Under the pieces are notes generated by a model. The model saw only the letters and a list, made by a program, of their open reading frames with translations. It was not told the origin of the DNA and did no database searches. DNA of 64,000 nt from Candidatus Cloacimonadales bacterium (lineage in GTDB: Bacteria; Cloacimonadota; Cloacimonadia; Cloacimonadales; JAFGVF01): positions 736,001-800,000 of the forward strand of contig OY782781.1 in assembly GCA_963678315.1 (NCBI GenBank), written 5' to 3'. The position numbers and the translations under genes were made by a program. Shown in pieces: positions 1-9,890 of the stretch (positions within the stretch are counted from its first letter, which is position 1; every line of letters begins with the position of its first letter).

Positions 1-39
1 ACTGATTATTAACATTAAAAATATTAAAATCTTCCTCAT
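1..39 (-). CDS. 5' end of a gene running off the left edge (MRKILIFLMLIIS..., signal-peptide-like)
   Basis: CAT at 37-39 with GAGGAG RBS on the minus strand at 45-50; hydrophobic N-terminus. Confidence 0.6.
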   Translation of the reverse strand, partial: MRKILIFLMLIIS

Positions 40-179
40 AAGATCTCCTCTTATATCTAAATAAATTATATTTCTCTACAACTATCTTTTTAATATGCAA
101 GATAGAGACCAAATTGTAATTTTAAATATATTTACCTCTTTAAAGATAATTAATATGCAAGATTTAATGTTGTCTGAAA

Positions 180-775
180 GCTTGCTTACTGCTCCCTTAC
201 TTGCCTCATTGAAAAAAAGCCGATTTTTCAAGGAGACCCATAAGAGGGGAGTTAGGAGTGACACTGGGAACGCTATTGGCCCTTTAGTCTGGCGAAGACT
301 GATCCGTGCCGGCTCTTGTATTTAAATATATGCTAAACATATATTTAAATCTCATATACAACCTAATTTCGTAGGTTTGGCCATCAGGGACGATGGCGTT
401 CCGACTTTGCAGGATACGCTATAATGGTAAATTTTGTGTAAACTGGGAACGCTGTGCCTTTAGTCCGGCTACTGCCGGATAGCCGGCTAAAACTGGGAAC
501 GCTATTGGCCCTTTAGTCTGGCGAAGACTGATCCGTGCCGGCTCTTGTATTTAAATATATGCTAAACATATATTTAAATCTCATATACAACCTACTTTCG
601 TAGGTTTGGCCATCAGGGACGATGGCGTTCCGACTTTGCAGGATAACCCCAGAGAAGTAAATTTTTGTGTAAACTGGGATTGCTGTAGAGACGTTTGGAA
701 AAACGTCTCAAATACAAGCTGGAAGCTTGTGGACCAAATGTCTCAAATACAAGCTAGAAGCTTGTGTACCCAATT
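180..775. repeat. Mosaic cluster of REP-like palindromes including a ~155-bp direct repeat (about 262-416 and 492-646)
   Basis: CTGGGAACGCT...GCCGGCT and GCCATCAGGGACGATGGCGTTCCGAC modules repeated; AGAGACGTTTGGAAAAACGTCTC and ACAAGCTRGAAGCTTGT hairpins. Confidence 0.85.
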
Positions 776-779
776 GTTT

Positions 780-1298
780 TTAAAAAGGATTAGACCACAT
801 GACAACTCTTTCAGTAAACCAAACAATTGATATGATATACAGGATAACAAAAGTGTAAAGACCAGCCATCATATCATCCAGCATTACCCCCCAGCCTTTA
901 GGTAGATTTTGGAGTAAATTAATAGGGAATGGTTTTAGGATATCAAAGATTCTAAAGAGAACAAATCCAATGCCTAATATCAAGAGCTTATTATGATTAT
1001 CGGCTGGTGTAAATGGAGCAACTGCTAACCAATAGCCACAAACTTCATCAATAACAATATGACCATTATCGTGTCCCATTGTTTTTTCAGCTTCTGTAGA
1101 AATCCAAGTTCCTAAAAAGAAAAATATTATTATAAATAAAATCAGGAACCAAGTATCAGACCAAACTGAATTTGGTATAAAATAAGCTATAATAGCAGCA
1201 GCAAGAGTTCCGAATGTTCCTGGAGCATATTTTATAGCACCTACTCCGAAGAAAGTAGCAATTAGTTCATATATATTTCTAATAGGTGATTTCAACAT
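780..1298 (-). CDS. pgpA: Phosphatidylglycerophosphatase A
   Basis: APGTFGT, D..IVIDEV.G, LFRIFDILKPFPI, GVMLDDMMAG motifs. Confidence 0.92.
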   Translation of the reverse strand: MLKSPIRNIYELIATFFGVGAIKYAPGTFGTLAAAIIAYFIPNSVWSDTWFLILFIIIFFFLGTWISTEAEKTMGHDNGHIVIDEVCGYWLAVAPFTPADNHNKLLILGIGFVLFRIFDILKPFPINLLQNLPKGWGVMLDDMMAGLYTFVILYIISIVWFTERVVMWSNPF

Positions 1299-2535
1299 AA
1301 ATCTCTTTCTTTAAATCTTCAATCCATTTATTATAGTAGTTTTGTCTTTTTTCTGCACGTGCCATATCTTTAATCTTATCTCTAATTTCTTCTAACTGGT
1401 AAACACCTTGAGGTACATCTTCTAAATTAGCAAAAATATAGAACATATCTTGAATTTGAACTACATCTGAAACTTGACCAGGCTCTAGCTTTTCATAGTA
1501 TTCTTTGTATAGTGGTGGATATTCTCCATGTGGGTAAATACCAATTATTCCATCATTAAGAGATGATTCTTTATCATCAGAATAGTTTAAAGCGAGTTCA
1601 CCAAAATCTTCTCCATCCTTATAACGCTGAAGAACATTCATCATAACTTTCTTCATTGCTAAGGAATCTTTTTTAGTTGGAGTAAGGTCTTTTAGAATGT
1701 GACTAGCTCTAACTTTATTTTCTTTAATATCTTGTAGTTTAATAATATGATAACCAAATTGGGTTTCTACGATATCAGACACTTCTCCTGGTTTCATACT
1801 AAAAGCTGTATTCTCAAATTCTTTAACCATTTCACCTCTACCAAAATAACCTAAATCTCCACCAGAAGCTGATGAAGGACAATCACTATAATCTTTTGCT
1901 AGTTCTGCAAAATCTTCACCACGATTTATTCTTTCTAAAATATCCTCTAACTGACTATATCTTTCTTCTCTAGTCTTAGTACTTGGAATAATTTGAGAAA
2001 CTATCATACCTAATTTATAAGAAGGTTTTCTAAGAGGTAAATCTATAATATTGTCTTGATAATACTGTTGAATTTCATCTTCACTAATATCAATTTTACT
2101 CTCAATTTCATAGCGAACAACTTGCTCTCTAAGAGACTGTTCTTCAAACATCTCTTCAAAATAATCAAGCAAATCAAATTTATTCATTCCACTCTTCTTA
2201 AGTTCTGCAAGAAATTCAGTTTCTGATTTAAATTGAGATTCTATTTCAGCTAATCTTTTATTAGCCATCTCAGAAATCTGATTCTTATCAACAACATAAT
2301 CTAATTCTTTAGCTTTTTGAATAATCAACTTAAATTCTATCATTTGATCAAGAATATCTTCATTGCTTATTTCATCATCGATAACACCTGCAGACTTCAT
2401 CTGCATTATCTGTTTTGTAAGATCACTTTCAAGAATTATGTCATTTCCTACTTTAGCAATTATTCTATCGATAACTTCACTATGTGCTATAACAGCAAGT
2501 AACACCAACATTAACACTAATATTTTCTTCTTCAT
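1279..2535 (-). CDS. surA: SurA-like periplasmic chaperone / parvulin peptidylprolyl isomerase
   Basis: Signal peptide, IDRIIAKVGNDIILESDL SurA N-terminus, two rotamase domains (FAELAKDYSDCPS..GGDLG; ETQFGYHII). Confidence 0.8.
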   Translation of the reverse strand: MKKKILVLMLVLLAVIAHSEVIDRIIAKVGNDIILESDLTKQIMQMKSAGVIDDEISNEDILDQMIEFKLIIQKAKELDYVVDKNQISEMANKRLAEIESQFKSETEFLAELKKSGMNKFDLLDYFEEMFEEQSLREQVVRYEIESKIDISEDEIQQYYQDNIIDLPLRKPSYKLGMIVSQIIPSTKTREERYSQLEDILERINRGEDFAELAKDYSDCPSSASGGDLGYFGRGEMVKEFENTAFSMKPGEVSDIVETQFGYHIIKLQDIKENKVRASHILKDLTPTKKDSLAMKKVMMNVLQRYKDGEDFGELALNYSDDKESSLNDGIIGIYPHGEYPPLYKEYYEKLEPGQVSDVVQIQDMFYIFANLEDVPQGVYQLEEIRDKIKDMARAEKRQNYYNKWIEDLKKEIYVEITY

Positions 2536-2574
2536 AGTTTATATAATCTCACTTTTTATATTTTTATTTATTTG

Positions 2575-2835
2575 AAATGCCGGCACGGAGGCCAGCGTTC
2601 CCAGTTTACACAAAATTTACCACAATAGCGTATCCTGCAAAGTCGGAACGCCATCGTCCCTGATGGCCAAACCTACGAAAGTAGGTTATATATTTAAATA
2701 CAGCCGGCTAGCAGCCAGCGTTCCCAGTAAAAACCGGCTAGCAGCCAGCGTTCCCAGTAATAGCCGGCACGGAGGCCAGCGTTCCCAGTATAGGCACAGC
2801 CTTCCCAGTTTTCACTTTTTACTTTTAATTTTTCA
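2575..2835 (-). repeat. REP-like cluster: inverted copy of the 360-450 module plus four tandem ~30-bp units
   Basis: GCCAGCGTTCCCAGT units at ~2590, 2714, 2743 and 2775, degenerate unit at ~2798. Confidence 0.85.
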
Positions 2836-4077
2836 TTAATAAAGATACGGTGGTGTGAATTTGAAGAATACTTGTGGTTTGTATTCATCAGATTCATTAC
2901 CATAAAATTCAAAGGCATTGAAAGTATCTGATTCATAAGCTGAAACAATAACTATACCAAAATTCTCTTTTTCACCAGAAGTAAATCCTTGGAGAAGAGG
3001 AGTAATTTTAACATCAAAATATGGAACACTTTCTTCGTCATCGCTTATAGTAGTGCTTGATGAACCTGTATTTGAGAAGTATTCTAAATTTTCATGGTCA
3101 ATATATTGAGCTTGGTCAATTTCTTTATCAACTCTATATGCTACAGCTGAAAGAACTTGAGCACTTGAGAAATAAGAGTTCTCTTTTATGTATAATCTAA
3201 CGTATGCTTCATTAATTGTTACATGGTTCAATTCAGCATCTGTAAGTTCTTCAATCTCATTATCTTCATTTTCATACTGAAAAACAGATTTATCAATATC
3301 AAATTTAAGATAAGTTCTTACAGGAATAAGATTATTAAGAATAAGTCTATTATCTTCTATTTTGTAGTCATCTAGCTTGTTATTTACTATATAGGTATCG
3401 CGAGCAGGGCTATGCTCATATTCGAAGCTGTCGTCCTCGTCTGCTACCGTATAAGTGAAAGTTAGCTTAGGAGCATCAGAGTGTTCTGAAGATAATAACT
3501 CCATATAGTTGTTGTCTTCTGTAGTTAACATGAGTGAGTAATAATCAAAATCTTCATGTTGCCAATTAAGTATATCTTCAGCCGGAATTTCAAATACAAG
3601 AGAATCTTGTTCTATGCCAATTGTATCAGAAATAGTAATTGGACTTATGTTGGTCGCTTCATAAAAAGTATCGTACCACGGTTCACCATCAGCTGAATTT
3701 TCCCAATCAGCCTCGTATTCATCATAACCTTGAAGAAGTTTCTTAACTGAGATAGTCATATCTCCAGCAGGTTTTAAATCTGTATAAATTGTTAAAACAG
3801 CATTTTCAACAGAAATAATATCTTCAGGGATATCAGCAAAGCTCATTAATACGTTAGATTGATATTCTTCATTATTCCCTAATAAAAGCTTGTAATTTGT
3901 TCCAGAAACAACAATATCTTTGCTAAATGAGAAATAACTTGTTAAAGAATCAATTTTGCTTTCATGGAATGTAACATCAGATTGGGTTATTTTGATTGGA
4001 TTATCTTCATTTGAGCATGCTATTAAACTAACTAATATACTCAATATGATAAGAATTTTGTTTACCTTATAATTCAT
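2836..4077 (-). CDS. Acidic lipoprotein of unknown function (DNRLRE/DUF4270-like, tentative)
   Basis: 413-aa ORF; lipobox LIAC after a hydrophobic signal. Confidence 0.65.
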   Translation of the reverse strand: MNYKVNKILIILSILVSLIACSNEDNPIKITQSDVTFHESKIDSLTSYFSFSKDIVVSGTNYKLLLGNNEEYQSNVLMSFADIPEDIISVENAVLTIYTDLKPAGDMTISVKKLLQGYDEYEADWENSADGEPWYDTFYEATNISPITISDTIGIEQDSLVFEIPAEDILNWQHEDFDYYSLMLTTEDNNYMELLSSEHSDAPKLTFTYTVADEDDSFEYEHSPARDTYIVNNKLDDYKIEDNRLILNNLIPVRTYLKFDIDKSVFQYENEDNEIEELTDAELNHVTINEAYVRLYIKENSYFSSAQVLSAVAYRVDKEIDQAQYIDHENLEYFSNTGSSSTTISDDEESVPYFDVKITPLLQGFTSGEKENFGIVIVSAYESDTFNAFEFYGNESDEYKPQVFFKFTPPYLY

Positions 4078-4503
4078 ATATATTACCTTTCTTTTTAATA
4101 AATAGATTTAGTAGTAGCTTATGTGGATATGGGGATAAGTCGTCAAGATAAATTATAAGTTCTTGAAAAATATATCTTTTAAAAATCCACATATTATTTT
4201 AAAAGCTGTGGATAAGTCTTATATTTATCCCCAATTATACACATTGTTGTGTGAATTAACCTGCATCTACAGGTCTTGTGCACACTTATCCACACCTATT
4301 CATCCACACTAGTGTATAAATTAGACATCTTTATGTATCTGTATGTAAAGGTGTAACTTAGCAATATAAAATAGGCCTGTAAAAAAAGCTTATAAAACTA
4401 GCTATTAAAGAGAAAAAATACATAAAATAAAATATTGTGGATAACTTGTGGATAAAGTCTCTTTTTATTTGACACTTTCTATAGCTGTTAAAATATTTAC
4501 AGT
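4078..4503. promoter_or_regulatory. oriC: Probable chromosomal replication origin (oriC): DnaA-box cluster with DnaA-trios
   Basis: Perfect TTATCCACA boxes at 4207, 4286, 4436, 4447; TTATACACA at 4235; near-matches at 4122, 4130, 4183, 4225, 4300, 4311; TAGTAGTAG beside the leftmost boxes; gene-strand switch. Confidence 0.8.
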
Positions 4504-5712
4504 ATGAAAAATGAAAAAATTAAAAAGATAGTCAAGAGAATTTCAAACAAAATAAGAGATAGCAAATTTGAAAATTCAACATATTTAGTTGGAGGCTATG
4601 TTCGTGATTTGTTATTGGGTAAAATTTCAGCTGATTTAGACTTTGTAGTTAATCTACCCAATGGTGGAGTTGAACTAGCTATCTTTCTTTGGAAAAACAA
4701 ACTTTGTTCAAAGCCTATCATCTATAAAAGCTTTGGAACTGCTATGGTTGAAATAAATAAAATTAAGATAGAATTTGTTATGACGAGAAAAGAATGTTAT
4801 CGTGATAAAAACAGAAATCCGGAAGTTGCTTTTGGATCTTTAATAGAAGATGCTTACCGAAGAGATTTTACTATTAATTCTATCTACTTAAATATTTCAA
4901 GCAATAAAATCCAAGATTTAACCAATAAAGGAAGGTTGGACTTAGAAAAAGGGGTAATAAGAGCTACATCTAACCCAAGCCTAATTTTTAAAGAAGACCC
5001 ACTAAGAATCTTGAGAGGGATTAAATTTGCTGGGAGATTAAACTTTCAAATTGAAGAGAATACTTATAAAGCTATGATTGAAAATGTAGATTCTTTGCAA
5101 TTTATTTATGCTGAGAGAATAAAAGAGGAATTTCTAAAAATGCTTATTGATGATGGAACTTGCTATTCTCTGCAACTATGTTTTGAAACTTCTGCTATAA
5201 AATATATTTTTCCCAAACTTACTCATTTAAATAAAGATCTTCTGAATACTGATAGAAAAATTGAATCATTGCCTAGTGAACTTGTTTCTAGATATGTCTA
5301 TCTTTTCATGAACTACCCAGATCTTGAGGAAGTTAAAGAAAATCTAATTTACCTAAAAGTTCATAAAAAACAGATAAAAGAAATTCTAGCCATAATTAAT
5401 ATTATTGCTTACATACAAACAGAACATGAAAAATATAACGAATTTGTCTATGACTATCAAAATTATTTAGTAAAATCCATGGATATATGCCATCTTTTAG
5501 GAACAAATATATCTAATGAATCTAAAATAGTAGAGACTCTAGGACTATTTAGTAACAGAATTTATCCGCTCAATGGAAGAAAAATAATGGAATACCTTGA
5601 CTTAAAAGAAGGCAAGCTGATAGGAGAATATAGTAAAAAGGCTATGAAGATATGGATTGAAAATCCTAACCTGAAAGAAGAAGAACTGATTAATGAATTA
5701 AAAAACCTTTAG
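4504..5712 (+). CDS. cca: CCA tRNA nucleotidyltransferase / poly(A) polymerase family
   Basis: YLVGGYVRDLLLG..DLD, EDAYRRDFTIN, FKEDPLRILR, ERIKEE motifs. Confidence 0.88.
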   Translation: MKNEKIKKIVKRISNKIRDSKFENSTYLVGGYVRDLLLGKISADLDFVVNLPNGGVELAIFLWKNKLCSKPIIYKSFGTAMVEINKIKIEFVMTRKECYRDKNRNPEVAFGSLIEDAYRRDFTINSIYLNISSNKIQDLTNKGRLDLEKGVIRATSNPSLIFKEDPLRILRGIKFAGRLNFQIEENTYKAMIENVDSLQFIYAERIKEEFLKMLIDDGTCYSLQLCFETSAIKYIFPKLTHLNKDLLNTDRKIESLPSELVSRYVYLFMNYPDLEEVKENLIYLKVHKKQIKEILAIINIIAYIQTEHEKYNEFVYDYQNYLVKSMDICHLLGTNISNESKIVETLGLFSNRIYPLNGRKIMEYLDLKEGKLIGEYSKKAMKIWIENPNLKEEELINELKNL

Positions 5713-6020
5713 TCCAGCTCAGACGGATAAAAAGTGAAAAGTGAAAAATGAAAACTGGAACACTGGGAACGCTCGGCCTCCGTGCCGGCTTTCAATAATA
5801 TAATAGAACACAGATTAAATTGATTAAACAGATGAAAATGATTAATAAGTGAATAATTAATAGTGAAAAATTAAAACTGGGAACGCTCGGCCTCCGTGCC
5901 GGCTTTTGTATTTAACTATATTTAAATCTTATATATAACCTACTTTCGTAGGTTTGGCCATCAGGGACGATGGCATTCCGACTTTGCAGGATAGCTGGCT
6001 TTTTCGTGCATTTCGTGGTT
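5713..6020 (+). repeat. Mosaic of 7-mer tracts, CTGGGAACGC REP hairpins and orphan ACACAGAT/CACGAAA arms
   Basis: CTGGGAACGCTCGGCCTCCGTGCCGGCT at ~5763 and ~5877; 5852-6003 repeated at 6988-7139. Confidence 0.8.
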
Positions 6021-6051
6021 AATAATAAAATAAAAATAAAAGGAGTGTGTT

Positions 6052-6717
6052 ATGTTGAAAAATTTCAACAATCAGATAGATGAAATTCTGGAGATAGGTC
6101 GTAGGGTATATAATCGAGGTTTTGTGGCAGCAAACGACGGAAACCTAAGTGTCAGAGTAGATAATGATAAGTTTCTTATCACTGCTTCTGGTAAATCTAA
6201 GGGATTCCTTACAAGAGAGGATATTCTCTTATGTGACTTAGAAGGCAATATTTTAGCAGGAGAGGGAAAACCTTCATCCGAGACAAAAATGCATATCATG
6301 GTGTATAAAGAAAGAGCAGATATCAATGGCATCTGTCACGCTCATCCTGTTTACGGAACTACTTTTGCCGTTGCTGGCATTCCTATGGATGAGCCAATTT
6401 TAGTAGAAGTAATTGTTTCAATCGGTAAAATCCCTTTAGTTGAATACGGAACTCCAGGAACTATGGATCTCCCAAATAACATTGCAAAATATGTTCAAGA
6501 TTACGAAGCTTTTCTGCTTGAACAACACGGAGTTCTGACTCTTGGAAATAGTCTGGAATTCGCTTACCACCGTATGGAAACAGTGGAACATTTTGCTAAG
6601 ATATACTTCAACTTAAAACAACTTGGTAACTACAATACTATGCCAAAAGAAGAAGTAGAAAAACTCTACAAAGCAAGAGTAAACTTCGGCGTAAGAGAAG
6701 ATATAGGGAAATACTAA
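6052..6717 (+). CDS. Class II aldolase/adducin family protein (fuculose-1-phosphate aldolase-like)
   Basis: DGNLSVR, ITASG, KPSSE..MH, HAHP, LLEQHG motifs; AGGAG RBS. Confidence 0.88.
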   Translation: MLKNFNNQIDEILEIGRRVYNRGFVAANDGNLSVRVDNDKFLITASGKSKGFLTREDILLCDLEGNILAGEGKPSSETKMHIMVYKERADINGICHAHPVYGTTFAVAGIPMDEPILVEVIVSIGKIPLVEYGTPGTMDLPNNIAKYVQDYEAFLLEQHGVLTLGNSLEFAYHRMETVEHFAKIYFNLKQLGNYNTMPKEEVEKLYKARVNFGVREDIGKY

Positions 6718-7355
6718 GTAAATTAAAAGATAAAAAATGAAAAATGAAGAATAAAAACTGGGAACGCTCGGCCTCCGTGCCGGCTTTTCAAATAAAATAG
6801 AACACAGAAAACACAGATTATACAGATTTTAAGAATATTTAAATGTTTAATAGTTTAGGGTTTTAATTTGTGTAATCCGTGTAATTCATGGATGATATTT
6901 CTTTTGTATTTTTGTGGTTTTTCGTGCATTTCGTGGTTATCTTTATTAAATTTGTGAAGATCTGTGTTATTGCTGGCTAAATAATTGAATAATTAATAGT
7001 GAAAAATGAAAACTGGGAACGCTCGGACTCCGTGCCGGCTTTTGTATTTTACTATATTTAAATCTCATATATAACCTACTTTCGTAGGTTTGGCCATCAG
7101 GGACGATGGCGTTCCGACTTTGCAGTATAGCCGGCTTTTCAAATAAAATAGAACACAGGAAACACAGATTAAACAGATTTAAGAATTTTAAGATGTTTAT
7201 TTGTTGATAGGTTTAATTGTTTAGGGGTTTAATTTGTGTAATCTGTGTAATTCGTGGATGATCTTATGGTTGTATTGTGTTTTTTCGTGGCTTTTCGTGC
7301 ATTTCGTGGTTATTTTTCTTAATAATTTGTGAATATTGGTGTTATCTGTGGCTAA
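6718..7355 (+). repeat. Tandemly duplicated repeat mosaic (about 6779-6980 and 7130-7354) with REP hairpins and 9-bp-periodic arms
   Basis: GCCGGCTTTTCAAATAAAATAGAACACAG..ACACAGATT and downstream TGTG/CGTG-rich arms seen twice. Confidence 0.8.
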
Positions 7356-7592
7356 AAGAATTTAGTCAGTGTCATTAATTTATTTTATGGTTAAACCTTT
7401 AATAAAAAAAATCAGTTAAGATACAAAATAGTAATATTGAGTTAACTTATAATAGGTGTGAAAATTAGATAATCGAATTGTTAAGATGATTTACATTAAG
7501 ATTTAGCTAAGACGAAAAATGGCTTGACCAGATATTAGTCATAATTGTTAATTGATACTTGGAAATGATAAGTATATTTTACGAGGAAGTAT

Positions 7593-8657
7593 ATGAATAT
7601 AACAGGAAATATATTGGTTACAGGTGGTGCAGGTTTTATTGGTGCTAATTTCATTCACTATGTGTTTGAAAAAACAGACTTTACTGGCAAAATTATAAAT
7701 GTCGATAAACTAACTTATGCTGGAAATTTGGAGAATCTTACTGAAATAGATAAGAAGTTTGGTCAAGATAGATACTTTTTCCATCAAGTGGATATTTGCG
7801 ACTATGAAAGACTAAAAGATATTTTCCAACAATACCAACCTCAAGTTGTAGTTCATTTTGCTGCAGAATCCCATGTTGATAGATCTATTCATGGACCTAA
7901 AGAGTTTATTGAGACCAATATTCTAGGAACTTTTAATCTACTTGAGTTAAGTAGACAAACTTGGGGAGATAGAAAAGACGTTTTATTCCACCATATTTCA
8001 ACTGACGAAGTATATGGATCTTTAGGTCAAACTGGTTATTTCTATGAAGATACTCCTTATGATCCTCGAAGTCCATATTCTGCTTCAAAAGCATCTTCAG
8101 ACCATATAGTTTCTGCTTACTTCCATACTTACAAACTTCCTGTTACTATTTCTAACTGTACCAATAACTACGGACCTTACCAATTCCCTGAAAAACTAAT
8201 CCCTCTTATGATAGCGAATATGCTTGAAGAAAAAACACTTCCTGTTTATGGAGATGGAAAAAATATCAGAGACTGGTTATATGTAGAAGACCACTGCTCA
8301 GGAATCTGGAAAATAATCAATGAAGGAAGAAGAGGTGAGACTTACAATATTGGTGGAGAAAACGAGTGGGAAAACATTAAGCTACTCCATGTTCTTTGCC
8401 AATCAGTAGCAAAAGAGACAGGTAAAGACCTAGATGAAATTTTAGAACTCATTACTTACGTGAAAGATAGGGCAGGTCACGATAGACGCTACGCTATTAA
8501 TTGCGATAAGATAAAATCTGAATTGGGCTGGAAGCAATCAGTAACTTTTGATCAAGGACTTACTAAGACTGTAAAATGGTATCTTGACAACACCGATTGG
8601 ATTGAGAATATTAAGTCAGGTGAGTATAAGAAGTGGATTGAGAAAAACTACGAGTAA
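7593..8657 (+). CDS. rfbB: dTDP-glucose 4,6-dehydratase
   Basis: VTGGAGFIG, DKLTYAGNLENL, HFAAESHVDRSI, STDEVYG, SPYSASKA, GHDRRYAI. Confidence 0.95.
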   Translation: MNITGNILVTGGAGFIGANFIHYVFEKTDFTGKIINVDKLTYAGNLENLTEIDKKFGQDRYFFHQVDICDYERLKDIFQQYQPQVVVHFAAESHVDRSIHGPKEFIETNILGTFNLLELSRQTWGDRKDVLFHHISTDEVYGSLGQTGYFYEDTPYDPRSPYSASKASSDHIVSAYFHTYKLPVTISNCTNNYGPYQFPEKLIPLMIANMLEEKTLPVYGDGKNIRDWLYVEDHCSGIWKIINEGRRGETYNIGGENEWENIKLLHVLCQSVAKETGKDLDEILELITYVKDRAGHDRRYAINCDKIKSELGWKQSVTFDQGLTKTVKWYLDNTDWIENIKSGEYKKWIEKNYE

Positions 8658-8660
8658 GAA

Positions 8661-9862
8661 TAGAACAGAGATAACACTGATTATACTGATAAAGATGATA
8701 GTATAAATTGAAAAGTTAAAGATGGGTGAAAGCCTTTTCTGTAGATACACACGGTCGTGTGTATAATGAAGTACATGTAAATGTACGAATAATTAAAAAT
8801 ATAACTGGGAACGCTGGCTGCTAGCCGGCTCTTAAGTCAGGCGAAGACTGATCTAGCCGGCTAAAGAATAAATATATAGTGTGAAAAATGGTGCTTCAGA
8901 AAGCCTTTCTGTAAGTCATAGGGCGAAGCATGCTTAAAAATAGATGTTTTGATAGAACACTGATGACACAGATTGAGCAGATGAAGATGGTTAAGTTTTA
9001 AGTTTTTTGAAGGTCATTCTAAGTAGGGTAAACTGGAAGAATCAAACCAGAAAAATAGAACACAGACAACACTGGATTATACTGATAATGATTTTACTTG
9101 AAGAAGAATTAATTTAATGATAGAAAGTTTTTTTTAGAAGATATACCAAGTAGAATTAATAATTATGTTTTATCAGTGGTTTTCAGTCTAATCTGTGTCA
9201 TCAGCGTTCTATATATATTTAGTAGGGAGGGTAAATGAGTGATTATCTTCATTCTGAATTAACAGATAAAATAATCAATGCATTTTATGAAGTATATAAT
9301 ACTTTAGGTTATGGTTTTCTTGAAAAGGTTTATGAAAAAGCTATGATAAATGAATTAAAATCTAAAGGATTAACTTGTTCTGAACAATATAAAATCGATG
9401 TATTCTATAAAAATAAACCTATTGGTGAATATTATGCTGATATTGTTGTTAATGATTTAGTTATATTAGAATTGAAAGCAAATGATTCTTTAGTTAAAGA
9501 GAATGAATATCAATTGATAAATTATCTTAAAGCCACAAATTTTGAGATTGGTTTGTTGTTTAATTTTGGTAAGAAACCAGAAATAAGAAGAAAAATTTTC
9601 ACAAACAATCGAAAATAGAAAGATAGAACACAGAAAACACTGATTATACAGATAAAGATGATTAAAAATATTAACTATGGACCTAAAGCAAAAGAATATT
9701 GGGAGAAATCAGATTTTCTCTGTTTAATCTGTGTCATCAGTGTTCCATATGCAGACAACACTGATCAGGCAGATAATAAGGGTTTTAATTAATCATATAT
9801 TTAAAAAAAGCTATTTAAAGAAAGCGGTGATTTTCAGTTTAATCTGTGTCATCTGTGTTCTA
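8661..9862. mobile_element. GxxExxY cassette 1 with multiple inverted TAGAACAC-type arms
   Basis: Left arms at 8661, 8953, 9056, 9624; right arms at ~9184, 9726, 9834; perfect 20-bp inverted pair 8955-8974 / 9726-9745. Confidence 0.55.
9235..9618 (+). CDS. GxxExxY protein (PD-(D/E)XK nuclease-like)
   Basis: GFLEKVY motif; YYADIVV...ILELK; GGGAGG RBS. Confidence 0.92.
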   Translation: MSDYLHSELTDKIINAFYEVYNTLGYGFLEKVYEKAMINELKSKGLTCSEQYKIDVFYKNKPIGEYYADIVVNDLVILELKANDSLVKENEYQLINYLKATNFEIGLLFNFGKKPEIRRKIFTNNRK

Positions 9863-9890
9863 TATAGAGTTTTATAAAGAAGGAGAAAAA

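Noticed and set aside
82..830. Short ORFs 82-264, 95-325 and 606-830
   Set aside because: They mostly run through REP mosaics and have no RBS or recognisable domain
2694..2948. ORF with repeated YWERWLLAG, and a CRISPR-like appearance of 2701-2810
   Set aside because: It is the translation of tandem REP units; there are no unique spacers between units and no cas genes in the window
7356..7592. JUMPstart/ops element upstream of rfbB
   Set aside because: No GGCGGTAG-like motif seen
9846..9890. Upstream extensions of ORFs at 9846, 18077, 25651 and 27967
   Set aside because: Extensions lie in repeat arms or overlap upstream genes; downstream ATGs (9891, 18140, 25708, 27991) have an RBS and start at the family N-terminus
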